64,000 bases of DNA from Mayamaea pseudoterrestris (GCA_027923505.1 BROI01000012.1:124001-188000), one strand, 5' to 3'; positions 12,196 to 23,102 are shown, counted from the first letter of the stretch. Notes: a model not told the origin generated them from the letters alone. Translations and numbers: made by a program.

Positions 12196-13238
12196 GGGCT
12201 TATAGGTGGACTGGGCAAGTGTTCAAGATGAATGGGACTTGGAGGAGACGCGTAGGCGAGCATGCTGCGATTCGTCGCCACGTTGTTAACATTTGGCGAC
12301 GCGATAGGCAACATTGATCCGACGCCAGTTTGATTTTCCTGATCCTCGTGTAGCTGAATAAGGTCGACTTCGCGTGTAACTTCATTTTTGGTTTCGGACG
12401 AAAGCTGGGGTCGTAATTGTTGCAGTCGCCGATTTGGATTAAGTTCGACCGAAACGTCGGTGATGGATACGTAGTCGGTATCTTCACCGTCTTTCTCGTC
12501 AATAACGTTTTGCTCCTTGCTATTGCTTTGCATAATTGTTAATTTGTGTTTATGTCGTGGGCTTTTTCGCTTGTGGTACCTGTCATCGACCGACTCTTCG
12601 TCCTCGTCATCTTTGGAGTCATACTGGTTTTGCTGCGCATGACGAGTATCATCCTCGTCTTCGTCGCCTAGAGTTGTTTCGTAATCGTCATAGGAATGAT
12701 CCCTTCCGTATCTGTACAAGCGACGACGGTCACGCTCCTCCATTTCCGACGAGTCGTCACTTTCATAGTGCATGGGTTGCCGATGCTCGCGATAATGGTG
12801 TTTAGGCGGACTCGATGACGATCGCGGACTGACATACGGGCTGCGCATAAATTTCCTATTGGGTGGACTTTTTGTCAACGCTCTTCCGGGACTGCTGCTC
12901 AGCGGCCGCGGCTGTTTGTGGTCACGTCGAGCCGCGTCCGTGAGAATGGTGGAAAAGGTTGGATCGTCCTCGCCCGAAAATGATTGCACCAAATTCGGAT
13001 TACGAGCCGACGACCGTGGCGGCGAACGCGATCTGCTCTTGTGAATTGGACTTCGGCTCTTTCGATGCCTTCCTCGGCCTTGGCTATGAGACGATGATGA
13101 CTCACTTGGAGCTATTCGTCCACGGCTTTCTTCCATGCTGTAATCCCAAGTGTCATTATCGTCCGCTCGTACCCTTGAAGACTCGTAGGCCGAATATTCC
13201 TCAGTATACGAATCGGCGTCACTGATAGCGTTGCCCAT
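10680..13238 (-). CDS. Hypothetical protein (852 aa): possible N-myristoylation, disordered S/R/D-rich and polyQ region, C-terminal coiled-coil domain
   Basis: Long ORF starting MGNAIS (MGxxxS motif); heptad-like C-terminal ~235 aa. Confidence 0.8.
12156..12194. repeat. (CTG)13 microsatellite encoding polyQ on the minus strand
   Basis: Perfect trinucleotide run matching the Q13 tract in the 852-aa ORF. Confidence 0.95.
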
Positions 13239-13532
13239 GGTGCTTTTGGTAGGACAAGGTATGCAGCCTTTCGTTGCTCCTTTAGGATTGTTTGGTGGAA
13301 CGCGTTGCTGGAACGCGTTATCTCGGTTCTTGGTGGTTTCGTTTGGCGAGCGGCGAGCGAGGCACGAGCGATTCGTTTAAGTAACCTTCCAATATGACGA
13401 GGCCGGCTTGCTGTCGCTTAAGTAAGACGGTTTCGCCAAGTGTGGCGAGATTCACCGCTGCGATTTTTGTAGCTCACCCGATCTCACAACGCAACGTTGC
13501 ATTGCAAACCATCGACTCTCTACTGTTACACC

Positions 13533-14420
13533 ATGGCGGAAGCTTCGCTAGCACCTTCAACAATTGCAACGACTGTAGCAACGGCTACGACAAAGGCTAC
13601 TGCCTCGCCGTCAGCATCTTCTATACTCCGGGCGCCTCTGACGAAGGACGACCTTGAGTTTGAACTCCAGGACGATCAGTTCTTGATCGACTTTGAGAAA
13701 GCATGGGCTCGCTTTCTCCGCAAGCATCCAAACTGCATGAACATCCCACGGCATTCTAAAATGATGGATCTTGAACAAAAGCTGGAAGCTTCCATGCTCT
13801 CCAAAACAAAGGTGGAAGTTGAAATCGAGCAGCAGATGGCCTTTTTTGCGTCTTCCTGCGAGCAACTCGAGGACGAGTACGCCGCTAAAATGCAGCAGGC
13901 TATTGATCGACAGGCAGCCGTCCAAGATGAACTTGCCAAGCGTATTGCGGTTGTCAATGAGGCGGATGTCCTTCAACAGGAAACCTTGCCGTGGCACTAC
14001 TTTATGCACCAGCTCGATACGCTGGCATCCAAGGCAATCATGCCGCAACAAATTAAAGACATGATGGATGAAGCTAGCGTTACGAGCAACGGACTTAATG
14101 TCAAACCAAGTAATCGGGCCTTGTTACTGACGAATTACGACCTGGAACGACACTCCAGGGATGACCTAATGCTGCGAGCACACGCGACAGACAATGCCAT
14201 ACTTAGCGCTCACATTCAAATGCTCGGGACGGAAATGCAGCGCTACGACAAGGCGACACAGGCGCAGGAATTGGCAAGCAAGTTCTTGACCGACTATAAC
14301 GTCTGGAGCATTCTGAATGCCGGACAGCCAAAGGCGGAGGCTGCAGCTGCGCCGCTTGCCGACTTGACGAAACTATCGCCCTCGGCTGTGACGAGTATGA
14401 CTGAAAGTAACATGATGTAA
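13533..14420 (+). CDS. Hypothetical coiled-coil protein, distant paralog of the C-terminal domain of the divergent neighbour
   Basis: Start CCATGG (MAEASLAP) at 13533; shares DxxF...FE..W/F..F...N.M, A..R.AA, W and DN..L.A motifs with the 10680-13238 product. Confidence 0.75.
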   Translation: MAEASLAPSTIATTVATATTKATASPSASSILRAPLTKDDLEFELQDDQFLIDFEKAWARFLRKHPNCMNIPRHSKMMDLEQKLEASMLSKTKVEVEIEQQMAFFASSCEQLEDEYAAKMQQAIDRQAAVQDELAKRIAVVNEADVLQQETLPWHYFMHQLDTLASKAIMPQQIKDMMDEASVTSNGLNVKPSNRALLLTNYDLERHSRDDLMLRAHATDNAILSAHIQMLGTEMQRYDKATQAQELASKFLTDYNVWSILNAGQPKAEAAAAPLADLTKLSPSAVTSMTESNMM

Positions 14421-14579
14421 TGACGAGTGCTGCTGGTTCTACTCTATCAAATGATGTCTTAACAAATTGTATGCAGTAACTTTACGTGGTGTTACACTGT
14501 CGGTGAAATATACTGCTTGTCATGACATTTATAGCGTTTACAGCAACAATAAGGTATATCCATGCGTAAAATACACCGC

Positions 14580-15767
14580 TCACAGAAACCTCGGGTCTGG
14601 CTGCGGATTCAATAGCTCCTCGACAAGGTCGTGCACTCCGCATCCACCAAAACCAGAGATTCCCTTTTCGTCACGATGCGCATGAGTCGTCTCTGGAGTT
14701 ACAACGGCAACTTTGGCGACCTGCGTCTTGGGTAGGCTCGCTTCTGGTTCTACCACAGCCTTCCATGCAGCAGCAAATGGATTATACTCTGGCGAAAGAT
14801 CCATCAATCCACCGCATCCAGTCTCCATGGCCTTTTCAACGTTCTTATCGCTCGCTGCCTTCCACGACAGTGTGTGCTCGTCCCACTCTTGGCTAATGAC
14901 ATTCATGATGAGCGACTTTTTCTCCGGTGTGTCGTAGGGTGGAAAAAAGTTTGGCGCAAAGTAGTGGGTGATTGTGTTGCGGTCACGGAACAAGTATAAA
15001 CCACTGTCGCGTGCATTGTCATCGGCCCAGTCCATTTCCTTCCGAAGCATGCTTGGTGAGCATGGTAGTGACGAAACTCGTTCAATTGATGCGTCCAGTT
15101 TCCTTGGCACTAGTGGTTGTGGTCCTCGTCTCTTCCAGTCCTCAATTTGCTTGGCGCATTTGCGAAAGTAGGCTGCTCGATAATGAGGACTTTTGAACTC
15201 GGCCTTTCGGCAAAATGTCATGTGATGTGCACCTGGACAAAAGCGAGCTGCAAAATGAAACTGATGAAATAATTGATTGTGGATAAAGCGTAATTGCCAA
15301 TTCATTGGTAATGGCTCGTCCTCAAACTTGCTTGGAGGAGCAGCTTCCAGGTCGAATCGAACCTCCAGTTCGGGCGGAGAGTCGCCATTGGCCACGACAG
15401 CAGTTGGACAAACCGTGATTTCCGGAATTAAAATAGCGCCACTCTCGATTGCTCGTTTGATCTCATTGACCGACAAGCCGCCTAGTGCAGGATCAAAGGT
15501 TCCAATCCGCATAAGTTCAACGTGCGCCGAGTCACGCGCCGTCAACTTGAAGGATTCCGGTGGCTCGCCTCCTCCTACTAGCCAGCCATCGTCGTTCGTC
15601 GAAGCCAAATAGTCGTAGGATCGATCCTGGATTGTGTCAAAGTCAAAGGCAGTTTGATGCGTCGACGAGTCAGGGTTTCCGACGCGAACATTTGCTCGAG
15701 TCAATGAGAGTCCAATAAAGGCGAGGCCATCGACTTTGCAACGCGATGGATCCAAGACGGGCGGCAT
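14580..15767 (-). CDS. Hypothetical protein, possibly 2H-phosphoesterase-like
   Basis: ORF from MPPVLDPS at 15767. Two His motifs, SAHVEL and HHMTF, loosely resemble paired HxT motifs; the function call is weak. Confidence 0.65.
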   Translation of the reverse strand: MPPVLDPSRCKVDGLAFIGLSLTRANVRVGNPDSSTHQTAFDFDTIQDRSYDYLASTNDDGWLVGGGEPPESFKLTARDSAHVELMRIGTFDPALGGLSVNEIKRAIESGAILIPEITVCPTAVVANGDSPPELEVRFDLEAAPPSKFEDEPLPMNWQLRFIHNQLFHQFHFAARFCPGAHHMTFCRKAEFKSPHYRAAYFRKCAKQIEDWKRRGPQPLVPRKLDASIERVSSLPCSPSMLRKEMDWADDNARDSGLYLFRDRNTITHYFAPNFFPPYDTPEKKSLIMNVISQEWDEHTLSWKAASDKNVEKAMETGCGGLMDLSPEYNPFAAAWKAVVEPEASLPKTQVAKVAVVTPETTHAHRDEKGISGFGGCGVHDLVEELLNPQPDPRFL

Positions 15768-16109
15768 GATTGACTTGTTTGGATAGGTCAATTATGCAGT
15801 CCAGTTAGTATCAACAGGATTGGAACGCGACAAGGATGGCAGCAAGATTAACGAAACTGAAATCCTTGCGTTGCAAAATCGTGCCGTAGTTTTTGCGTTG
15901 GCGAATTTAGGCGAGCCATGTCACGCTGTCAGTTATGGCGCGCCGGCCGTGAACGTTGTCGCTCCGGTTTTACTCAGCGACACGCCTGGAGCAGTGGCTC
16001 GGTAAAGCTGCATGACAAGTAAATAAGTAAATATGCATTAACTTGTCTTTGTCATGCCAACCCATTGTATCAAAGGTGATTACTAATATTGAAAATCTGC
16101 TGTGTGCCA

Positions 16110-16793
16110 CATGGTAAACCATACTTGTCTCAGTCTCAGTTGCACCGCAGCCAGTGACTGAATTGCTGCCGTTTTCAAAGATCCAAGCCTTGGACCTTGT
16201 CAAGCACCCTCTGCAGAAAGCATTTGCAGATTTAGATTCATGGTGACAATGTTGGATTGTCACATAAATCTCATCTGAAAGTTTCATGTGGTTGACCACT
16301 TGGAGGAACCTACTTGCTACAATCACGCACATCCACTGACTGATGTGCGTCCTTTTTGGACCATCTCAGCCACTGCCTTTGTCAAACAACTTATGCTGAT
16401 TGCAATGGCATGCTCAGAATAATGCTAGCAAGGTTGATTTATCACATGAAACCCAACTGAAAGTTTGCTGATCTTGGTCACATGGTAAACCCAACTTGTC
16501 TCAGTCTCAGTTGCACCGCAGCCACTGACTGAATTGCGACCATTTTCAAATATCCAAGCCTTGGACCTTGTCAAGCACCATCTGCAGATTACACTTGCAG
16601 GTTCAGAATCATGGTGACAAGGTTAGATCATTAAATAAATCCCATCAGGAACTTTCATGTGGTTGACCACTTGTAGGAACCTATTTGCTACAATCACGCA
16701 CATCCACTGACTGATGTGCTTCCTTTTTGGACCATCTCAGCCCTTGACTTTGTCAAACAACTTATGCTGATTGCAATGGCATGCTCACAATAA
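16110..16793. repeat. Two diverged tandem copies of a ~371-bp unit
   Basis: CATGGTAAAC...CTTGTCTCAGTCTCAGTTGCACCGCAGCC at 16110 and 16481 (period 371); similarity runs to GCAATGGCATGCTCA.AATAAT at about 16423 and 16793. Confidence 0.9.
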
Positions 16794-16799
16794 TAAACT

Positions 16800-17392
16800 T
16801 CTCGACCAGTCTCTGCCAGCAGATGCCTTGACATTTAATTGCCGATATAACATGCCGTGTATACACCCCAAATCACACCAGAATGGTGCCAACATCCTTT
16901 TTTAGGCTACGCTTAAAAATGGTATGCCTGGCTGGTGTCTCAGAAGACTGGTGAGAACTTCTCACCAGTCTCATCCCGCAGATGCCTCGATATTCAACTG
17001 CCCATATAACCTGCCATATACGCACTTAAATCACACCAGAATGGTGCCAACATTATTATTCAGGCTGCGCTACACAATGGTATGCCTGGCTGGTGTCTCA
17101 GGAGACTGCAATGTGATTGGTGACAACTTGTCACCAGTCTCATCCCGCAGATGCCATGACAATTAAATGCCCCTACATCAGGCCCTGTAGGTGCCCAAAT
17201 TACACCAGAATGGTGCCAACACCATTATTCAGGCTGCGCTACAAGATGGTAGGCTTGGCTGGTGTCTCAGGGGATGGCAATGTATTTGGTGACAACTTTT
17301 CACCAGTCTCAGCCCACAGATGCCATGACATTCAGATGCCCCTACAGCAAGCCCTGTAGGTGCCCAAATTACACCAGAATGGTGCCAACACC
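16800..17392 (-). repeat. 169-bp satellite, ~3.5 copies, inverted relative to the large array and degenerate at its left edge
   Basis: Reverse complement of the 31.8-49.7 kb monomer (TGGTGACAACTTGTCACCAGTCTCA, CACCAGAATGGTGCCAACA, GCTGGTGTCTCAGG). Confidence 0.92.
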
Positions 17393-17778
17393 AGTAATTT
17401 GCTTCATCATTCCTGCCAGAATTCCAAGCGGCAATTTGCTTCCACATTCCTGCTGGAACTTCAAGCAGTGTTTTGCGGCTACATTCCTGCTGAAATTCCA
17501 AGCAGTAATTTGCTTCATCATTCCTGCCAGATTTCCAAGCGGCAATTTGCTTCCACATTCCTGCTGAAATTCCAAGCAGTAATTTGCTTCATCATTCCTG
17601 CCAGAATTCCAAGTGGCAATTTGCTTCCACATTCCTGCTGGAACTTCAAGCGGTGTTTTGTGGCTACATTCCTGCTGAAATTCCAAGCAGTAATTTGCTT
17701 CATCATTCCTGCCAGAAATCCAAGCGGCAATTTGCTTCCACATTCCTGCTGGATCTTCATGCAGTGTTTGCATCCACA
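17393..17778. repeat. 37-bp minisatellite with higher-order pattern A-B-C-A-B'-A-B-C-A-B-(C), ~10.4 units
   Basis: A=AGTAATTTGCTTCATCATTCCTGCCAGAATTCCAAGC, B=GGCAATTTGCTTCCACATTCCTGCTGGAACTTCAAGC, C=AGTGTTTTGCGGCTACATTCCTGCTGAAATTCCAAGC. Confidence 0.92.
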
Positions 17779-17790
17779 ACAGGTAAGAAT

Positions 17791-18383
17791 AATCTGCATC
17801 TTGTGGTGTTGACCATACCCACAGTGGAGGCCGTAACCATGGTGTCAGCCTCCAGGCAGTCCTTTTTGCACCATTTGAGACTCTGCACCTGTCAATGGCA
17901 TACCCTGGACATGGTTTGCCTGACTCATTGGGTATTTGGGTGGCCAGGGCATGGGGCGTTTGACAGGTCAGAATCTGCAACTTGTGGTGTTGGCCTTACC
18001 CACTGTGGAGGCCGTACCCATGGTGTCAGCCTCCAGGCAGTCCTTTTTGCACCATTTGAGACTCTGCACCTGTCAATGGCATACCCTGGACATGTTTTGC
18101 CTGACTCATTGTATATTTGGGTGGCCAGGGCGTGGGGCATTTGACAGGGACGAATCTGCAACTTGTGGTGCTGGCCATACCCATAGTGGAGGCCGTACCC
18201 ATGGTGTCAGCCTCCAGGCAGTCCTTTTTGCATCATTTGAGACTCTGCACTTGTCAATGGCATACCCTGGACATGTTTTGCCTGACTCTTTGGGTATTTG
18301 GGTGGCCAGGGCATGGGGCGTTTGACAGGGAAGAATCTGCAACTTGTGGTGTTAACCATATCCACGGTGGAGGCCGTACCCAT
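17791..18383. repeat. 181-bp satellite family B, ~3.3 copies
   Basis: AATCTGCA.CTTGTGGTG at 17791, 17972, 18153 and 18334 (period 181). Confidence 0.93.
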
Positions 18384-19095
18384 TGTGTGCTGAGTCCAGC
18401 CATATTGTTGATTTCATGAAACGGTCAATCAGGCAGCCCTGGTTTGCATTTCAATCTTTTCCTTAAATGTCAACCCCCGCTGTCATGCGCCAGACTGTCA
18501 TGCCATTGAAAGTGACCCACAGAGGGCCTCCACGGCACCTGACTTGCATGGTTAGATGCACCATTGTGTGCTGAGTCCAGCCAAATTGTTGAATTCATGA
18601 AACGGTTAATCAGGCAGCCCTGGTTTGCATTTCAATCTTTTCCTCCAGTGACAACCCCCGCTGTCTTGCGCCAGACTGTCATGCCATTGAAAGTGACCCA
18701 CAGAGGGCCTCCACGGCACCTGTCTTGCATGGTTAGATGCGCCATTGTGTGCTGAGTCCAGCCATATTGTTGAATTCATGAAACGGTCAATCAGGCATCC
18801 CTGGTTTGCATTTCAATCTTTTCCTCCAGTGACAACCCCCGCTGTCATGCGCCAGACTGTCATGCCATTGAAAGTGACCCACAGAGGGCCTCCACGGCAC
18901 CTGTCTTGCATGGTTAGATGCGCCATTGTGTGCGGAGTCCAGCCATATTGTTGAATTCATGAAACGGTCGATGAGGCAGCCCTGGTTTGCATTTCAATCT
19001 TTTCCTCAAGTGACAACCCCCGCTGTCATGCGCCAGACTGTCATGCCATTGAAAGTGACCCACAGAGGGGCCTCCACGGCACCTGTCTTGCATGG
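18380..19095. repeat. 181-bp satellite family C, ~4 copies, not collinear with family B
   Basis: CCATTGTGTGC.GAGTCCAGCC at 18380, 18561, 18742 and 18923 (period 181); joins family B through a CCAT microhomology. Confidence 0.93.
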
Positions 19096-19099
19096 GTTC

Positions 19100-19555
19100 C
19101 AACATAATATTGTTCTTGGCTGGCTACATGATGGTAAACTTGGCTGGTGTCTCAGGGGATGGCAATGGATTTGGTGACAACTTGTCACCAGTCTCAGCCC
19201 GCAGATGCCATGACATTCAAACGCCCCTACAGCAAGCCCTGTAGGTGCCCAAAATACACCAGAATGGTGCCACCATCATTATTCCGGCTGCGCTACAAGA
19301 TGGTAAACTTGGCTGGTGTCTCAGGGGATGGCAATGATATTGGTGAGAACTTGTCACCAGTCTCAATCAGTCCGCAGGCGCCATGACATTCAATTGTCTG
19401 TATAACATGCCATATATACATCCAGATCACACCAGAATGGTGCCAACATCCTTTTTTCAGGATGCGCTACAAGATGGTAAGCTTGCTAGTGTCTCAGTAC
19501 ACTGGACTGTGATTGGTGACAACTTGCCACCAGTGTCAGCCCCAGATGCCTTGAT
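19100..19555 (-). repeat. 169-bp satellite, ~2.7 copies, degenerate at its right edge
   Basis: Same monomer and orientation as 16800-17392. Confidence 0.9.
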
Positions 19556-19978
19556 CTCTGCCTTTGACTTTGTCAACATATTGGCGTGCCAACTAGGAGA
19601 ATGATGTCATTGGTGACAAGGCCTGCATCAGTGGCTTGGTAATGCTGCAGGACAAGCAAAAACAATGCATTAACAAAAGCCACAGTAAAATCAAGGAACG
19701 AGATATGGTTTTCAGCAAGTCGCACCGTGACACAATGTCAGGTTGCGCTCGTCCGTTTTTTCATCTCTGCCATGGCCGCAAGAGGTGCTTCCTGACCCTT
19801 CCTTGACCATCAGCACGTAACGTTTCGAGGATCACAGTCGTGATACGAATCGTTGTTTGACCATGATGAGGAAGCGTTCACTTTCTTGGCAAGCATCAGT
19901 CGATCACGACACCAGAGGCGTCCGTCCTTTAGACTGCAGACTACTCGTCGTTAATCTTGATCGAACGAATCATTTGCC

Positions 19979-21079
19979 ATGACATCCATCATCCCGGGCC
20001 TCAAAACGCGTCAGTTTATTACCAAGCCACTCAAAATGCCCGTCTTGAAGCTCCAAGACTTGACTCCCATGGATTGGACGACGCCGTCAGCAGCAATCGT
20101 ATTTGAAACTTCCGAGTGCAGCATCGAGACGAACGACAATGTCGTTCTCTTTGACCTTTTCTCGGATCATCCAAATTACGTGATGGGAACAAGCATGGCA
20201 GTCAAGACTTTGAAAGACTCGACGACGGAATCATTTTCGAATGGCGCTTCGGCTGCCGACAAGGCTCGCTTGCCCAAAACCATTGGCGACTGGCAGCAAT
20301 TTGAAGCGAATGCAGCTTTGTTTCACATTGTCTCGACGCCCTTTGACGAGAATGAATTTACAGTTCCACTGGAAACATCAAACTTTACCGAGGAGCAAAT
20401 CGCAATGGCGGAACGAATCGCTTCGGAAATTGAAGCGTCGCATCAAGCAAAAGCTAAAGAACAAGTCATGGCGGATGAGCATGATCAGCATCTGGAAAGC
20501 ATCAAGCATGATCCAGCCATTGTCATGACGAGTCAGCAGGACGTTAACGACAAGGAAAGCGACGGTTGCTATCTCTACAAATATTTTCAAGCAGCCAGGT
20601 CATCCACCTGCTCAACCGATTCCGAATCGGATGTTGCGTCCGACCTTACCGACTCTGACTTTGACGATGCGGCAAGCTACGAAGACGAGACAACGCTGGA
20701 TGCTCGGGATGACGAGGAAACGCAGGAACTATTGGTGCTGGAACCAGTTGTTGCTGCGGTGTTGGCAACGCCAGTCTCCGCCACGAGTCGCCAGCAGCAA
20801 CCGTCGAGACTCTTTGACGTGACGACTGCACTGGAGGAGGAAACTATCTTGATGACAACGACGGTTCATTCTACCGCTGCTAACGCAACGACAAACTCTT
20901 CGCCGTCATCCTTGCAGCGAGCTTTGGCTCGAACGTTGGACGACAATAAGACTGCTGCTGCTATTCCCGCGGATACTGCTCCCAGGCCAAAGCTTTCGTC
21001 GCTCCAGCAAGCACTTGCTCAGACGAGTAAGACCAAGCGATCAGTCACATTCAGCGTCACGAATGCGGGTATGGCGTAG
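19979..21079 (+). CDS. LsmAD-domain protein (ataxin-2/Pbp1-type domain)
   Basis: WQQFEANAALFHIVSTPFDENEFTVPLE...EEQIAMAERIASEIE matches the LsmAD pattern WDQFE.N..LF...S.FDE..YT..L....A.RIA.EIE. Confidence 0.7.
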   Translation: MTSIIPGLKTRQFITKPLKMPVLKLQDLTPMDWTTPSAAIVFETSECSIETNDNVVLFDLFSDHPNYVMGTSMAVKTLKDSTTESFSNGASAADKARLPKTIGDWQQFEANAALFHIVSTPFDENEFTVPLETSNFTEEQIAMAERIASEIEASHQAKAKEQVMADEHDQHLESIKHDPAIVMTSQQDVNDKESDGCYLYKYFQAARSSTCSTDSESDVASDLTDSDFDDAASYEDETTLDARDDEETQELLVLEPVVAAVLATPVSATSRQQQPSRLFDVTTALEEETILMTTTVHSTAANATTNSSPSSLQRALARTLDDNKTAAAIPADTAPRPKLSSLQQALAQTSKTKRSVTFSVTNAGMA

Positions 21080-21289
21080 GGTCCATGCTCGAAATATACA
21101 ATGATTACATGCAAATACATGAAGAAGAAGCAAAGCGACACTTTCGGAATGGCGAATGGAAGCAAATCAAGCAAGCATGCGTGTATGCTTATATATGGAA
21201 AGGAAAGATTGAATCATTTATAATATTGCATTGATGATAACATACGATTGAAAGCATACAGTAGATGCCGATCATTTATAGCGGTTCGT

Positions 21290-22630
21290 TCACTCCGTCT
21301 TGGCGACCTGGTCCTCTTTGCCAGCCGTGGCGAGCTGCGGCAACTCAACGACGCCATCGTTGACGACGCGCTCCACAAACTCGGGTGTCGCTAGCTCGTG
21401 GGAGACTGTTCCATGCGCCACGGCATACACCAAGGCATCCGCTCGCGTCGGATTCAGTTCCTGGTCGCAGCTCGAAGTTGTAAAGGTAATTTCCGAAAAG
21501 TATACACTTTCATCGTCGGCGTACAAGTCTAGCCGCATGATTCCCGTCACATGCTTGCTGAGACGCGACACAATTTCCATCATTTTGCTCCACGTCTTTG
21601 GCTGCGCCGGAGGATCGCCGCAGGCTGGGTAATGGCCGAGCGACAATTGCAGCGGCTGGAAGCGACTCGAGTAGTAGGTTCCGTTCAAGCCGCACCGCCG
21701 ACATACCCAGAGCGGATGGCCATCAATGACCCACCAATGCCACTCGCGCAATGTATCCATATTCAAATGTTCCTCCATTATGATTTGACGAGGAATGTAT
21801 TGATACTGCGTTTGTCGTCCCTTTTGAAATGCTTCGTAGCGAGGGTTGGAAAAGAAGTGCTCCATGCTGTATTTCATATTCTCCAGCACGGTCGGTAGCG
21901 CTTCTGGAAGAATCATTTCGTCTGCCGGTTCCTTGCACTTTTTGAAGCAAGAGTAGTGACTTCCATCGAGTACCTTGGCGACAGCTCCCGACGTATGCGT
22001 GGGCTTGATAATGTAATCGGTCGCATTGAGCGATTCTATTTGCAATTGCAAGTCTTGCACCGTTAGATTCTCCATGACAGTCTTGTTAAATAAAGCAAGC
22101 GTCTTTGGAATTTTTAAATGAGGAATGTTGAGGTCGTGAATGAGTCGCTTGACGTGATCCTTGTCGGCCCATTGGGCCTTTAGCTTGCCCCAAGTGTTGT
22201 TGAATAGAAAGCTACTTCGACACTCTTGCGTGTAGGTTCGCTGGCCAGGGTGCTTGAGCAATTGTTCCTCCAAAGCAGCAGTCATGTTTGTCGTATTGTT
22301 GAACGACAAAAGTCGGTCGTCAAGTTTGTTGTTCGGCTGCGGCGGCTGCTTCTTCGTTTGTGACGCCGAACGAAGACGAGTTGGTGGCTCTTGCTGCTGC
22401 TGGACATTTAGGTTATTATATTTTGCATCATGATTTCGCCGATATTCCAAGACGGCCGTCACACTGCGAGGAGCCATGTGCTCGTCCGACGATGTAAACT
22501 GCGGAAGGCCAGTCATGATCAAGTGCGAGGTGCACAGTCCGCAAACCATGCCAAAGACAATCCACGAAGCAACAGCGTAAAAGTCGCGCCGGCGACTCTT
22601 GTTGGCAACCTTTTGCATGTGAGCGAGCAT
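21290..22630 (-). CDS. Membrane-anchored TupA-like ATP-grasp protein
   Basis: N-terminal TM helix; WADKDHVK, IPKTL, YIIKPTHTSG, PRQIIMEEHL and MRLDLY...VYFSEITFT are typical of the TupA-like ATP-grasp family. Confidence 0.72.
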   Translation of the reverse strand: MLAHMQKVANKSRRRDFYAVASWIVFGMVCGLCTSHLIMTGLPQFTSSDEHMAPRSVTAVLEYRRNHDAKYNNLNVQQQQEPPTRLRSASQTKKQPPQPNNKLDDRLLSFNNTTNMTAALEEQLLKHPGQRTYTQECRSSFLFNNTWGKLKAQWADKDHVKRLIHDLNIPHLKIPKTLALFNKTVMENLTVQDLQLQIESLNATDYIIKPTHTSGAVAKVLDGSHYSCFKKCKEPADEMILPEALPTVLENMKYSMEHFFSNPRYEAFQKGRQTQYQYIPRQIIMEEHLNMDTLREWHWWVIDGHPLWVCRRCGLNGTYYSSRFQPLQLSLGHYPACGDPPAQPKTWSKMMEIVSRLSKHVTGIMRLDLYADDESVYFSEITFTTSSCDQELNPTRADALVYAVAHGTVSHELATPEFVERVVNDGVVELPQLATAGKEDQVAKTE

Positions 22631-23102
22631 GACTCTTTATGGTATGTAATTGTCGTCTCTTCGCCTTCGTTTCAAGGGTGGACGCGTGCAGTCGCGAGAC
22701 TGATTGTGAGGCTCGACTTTTGAACAGCATTTGGGAGAACAACGCTCGTCATTATTTTCTGGCACGATCACTTTGTTATGGTCGGTCACAGAGGCAATAT
22801 TAATTTTGGTCAAATGCGTCCAGCATAACAGCTGAAGCTGTAGTTATTTGACCAATGACCATGACTCTGACAACCATCATTCAACTGGCATTAATTACGT
22901 AGACGAGCCAAGCAGTCGCATCGCAATGTGGTTTAGCTATGTGAAACTTTGACAGCAACCTTTCTTGTACCGGTATCTATAATATATTTAATTGCTAGCG
23001 TGAGTGCCTGTATTGCTTCGTGTACCGTACTCGATACTCCGCCTCGTCGCCGTTGCACATTTTTGAATTATTCATCAACTAATCCAACAGTGCGCTCATG
23101 AA

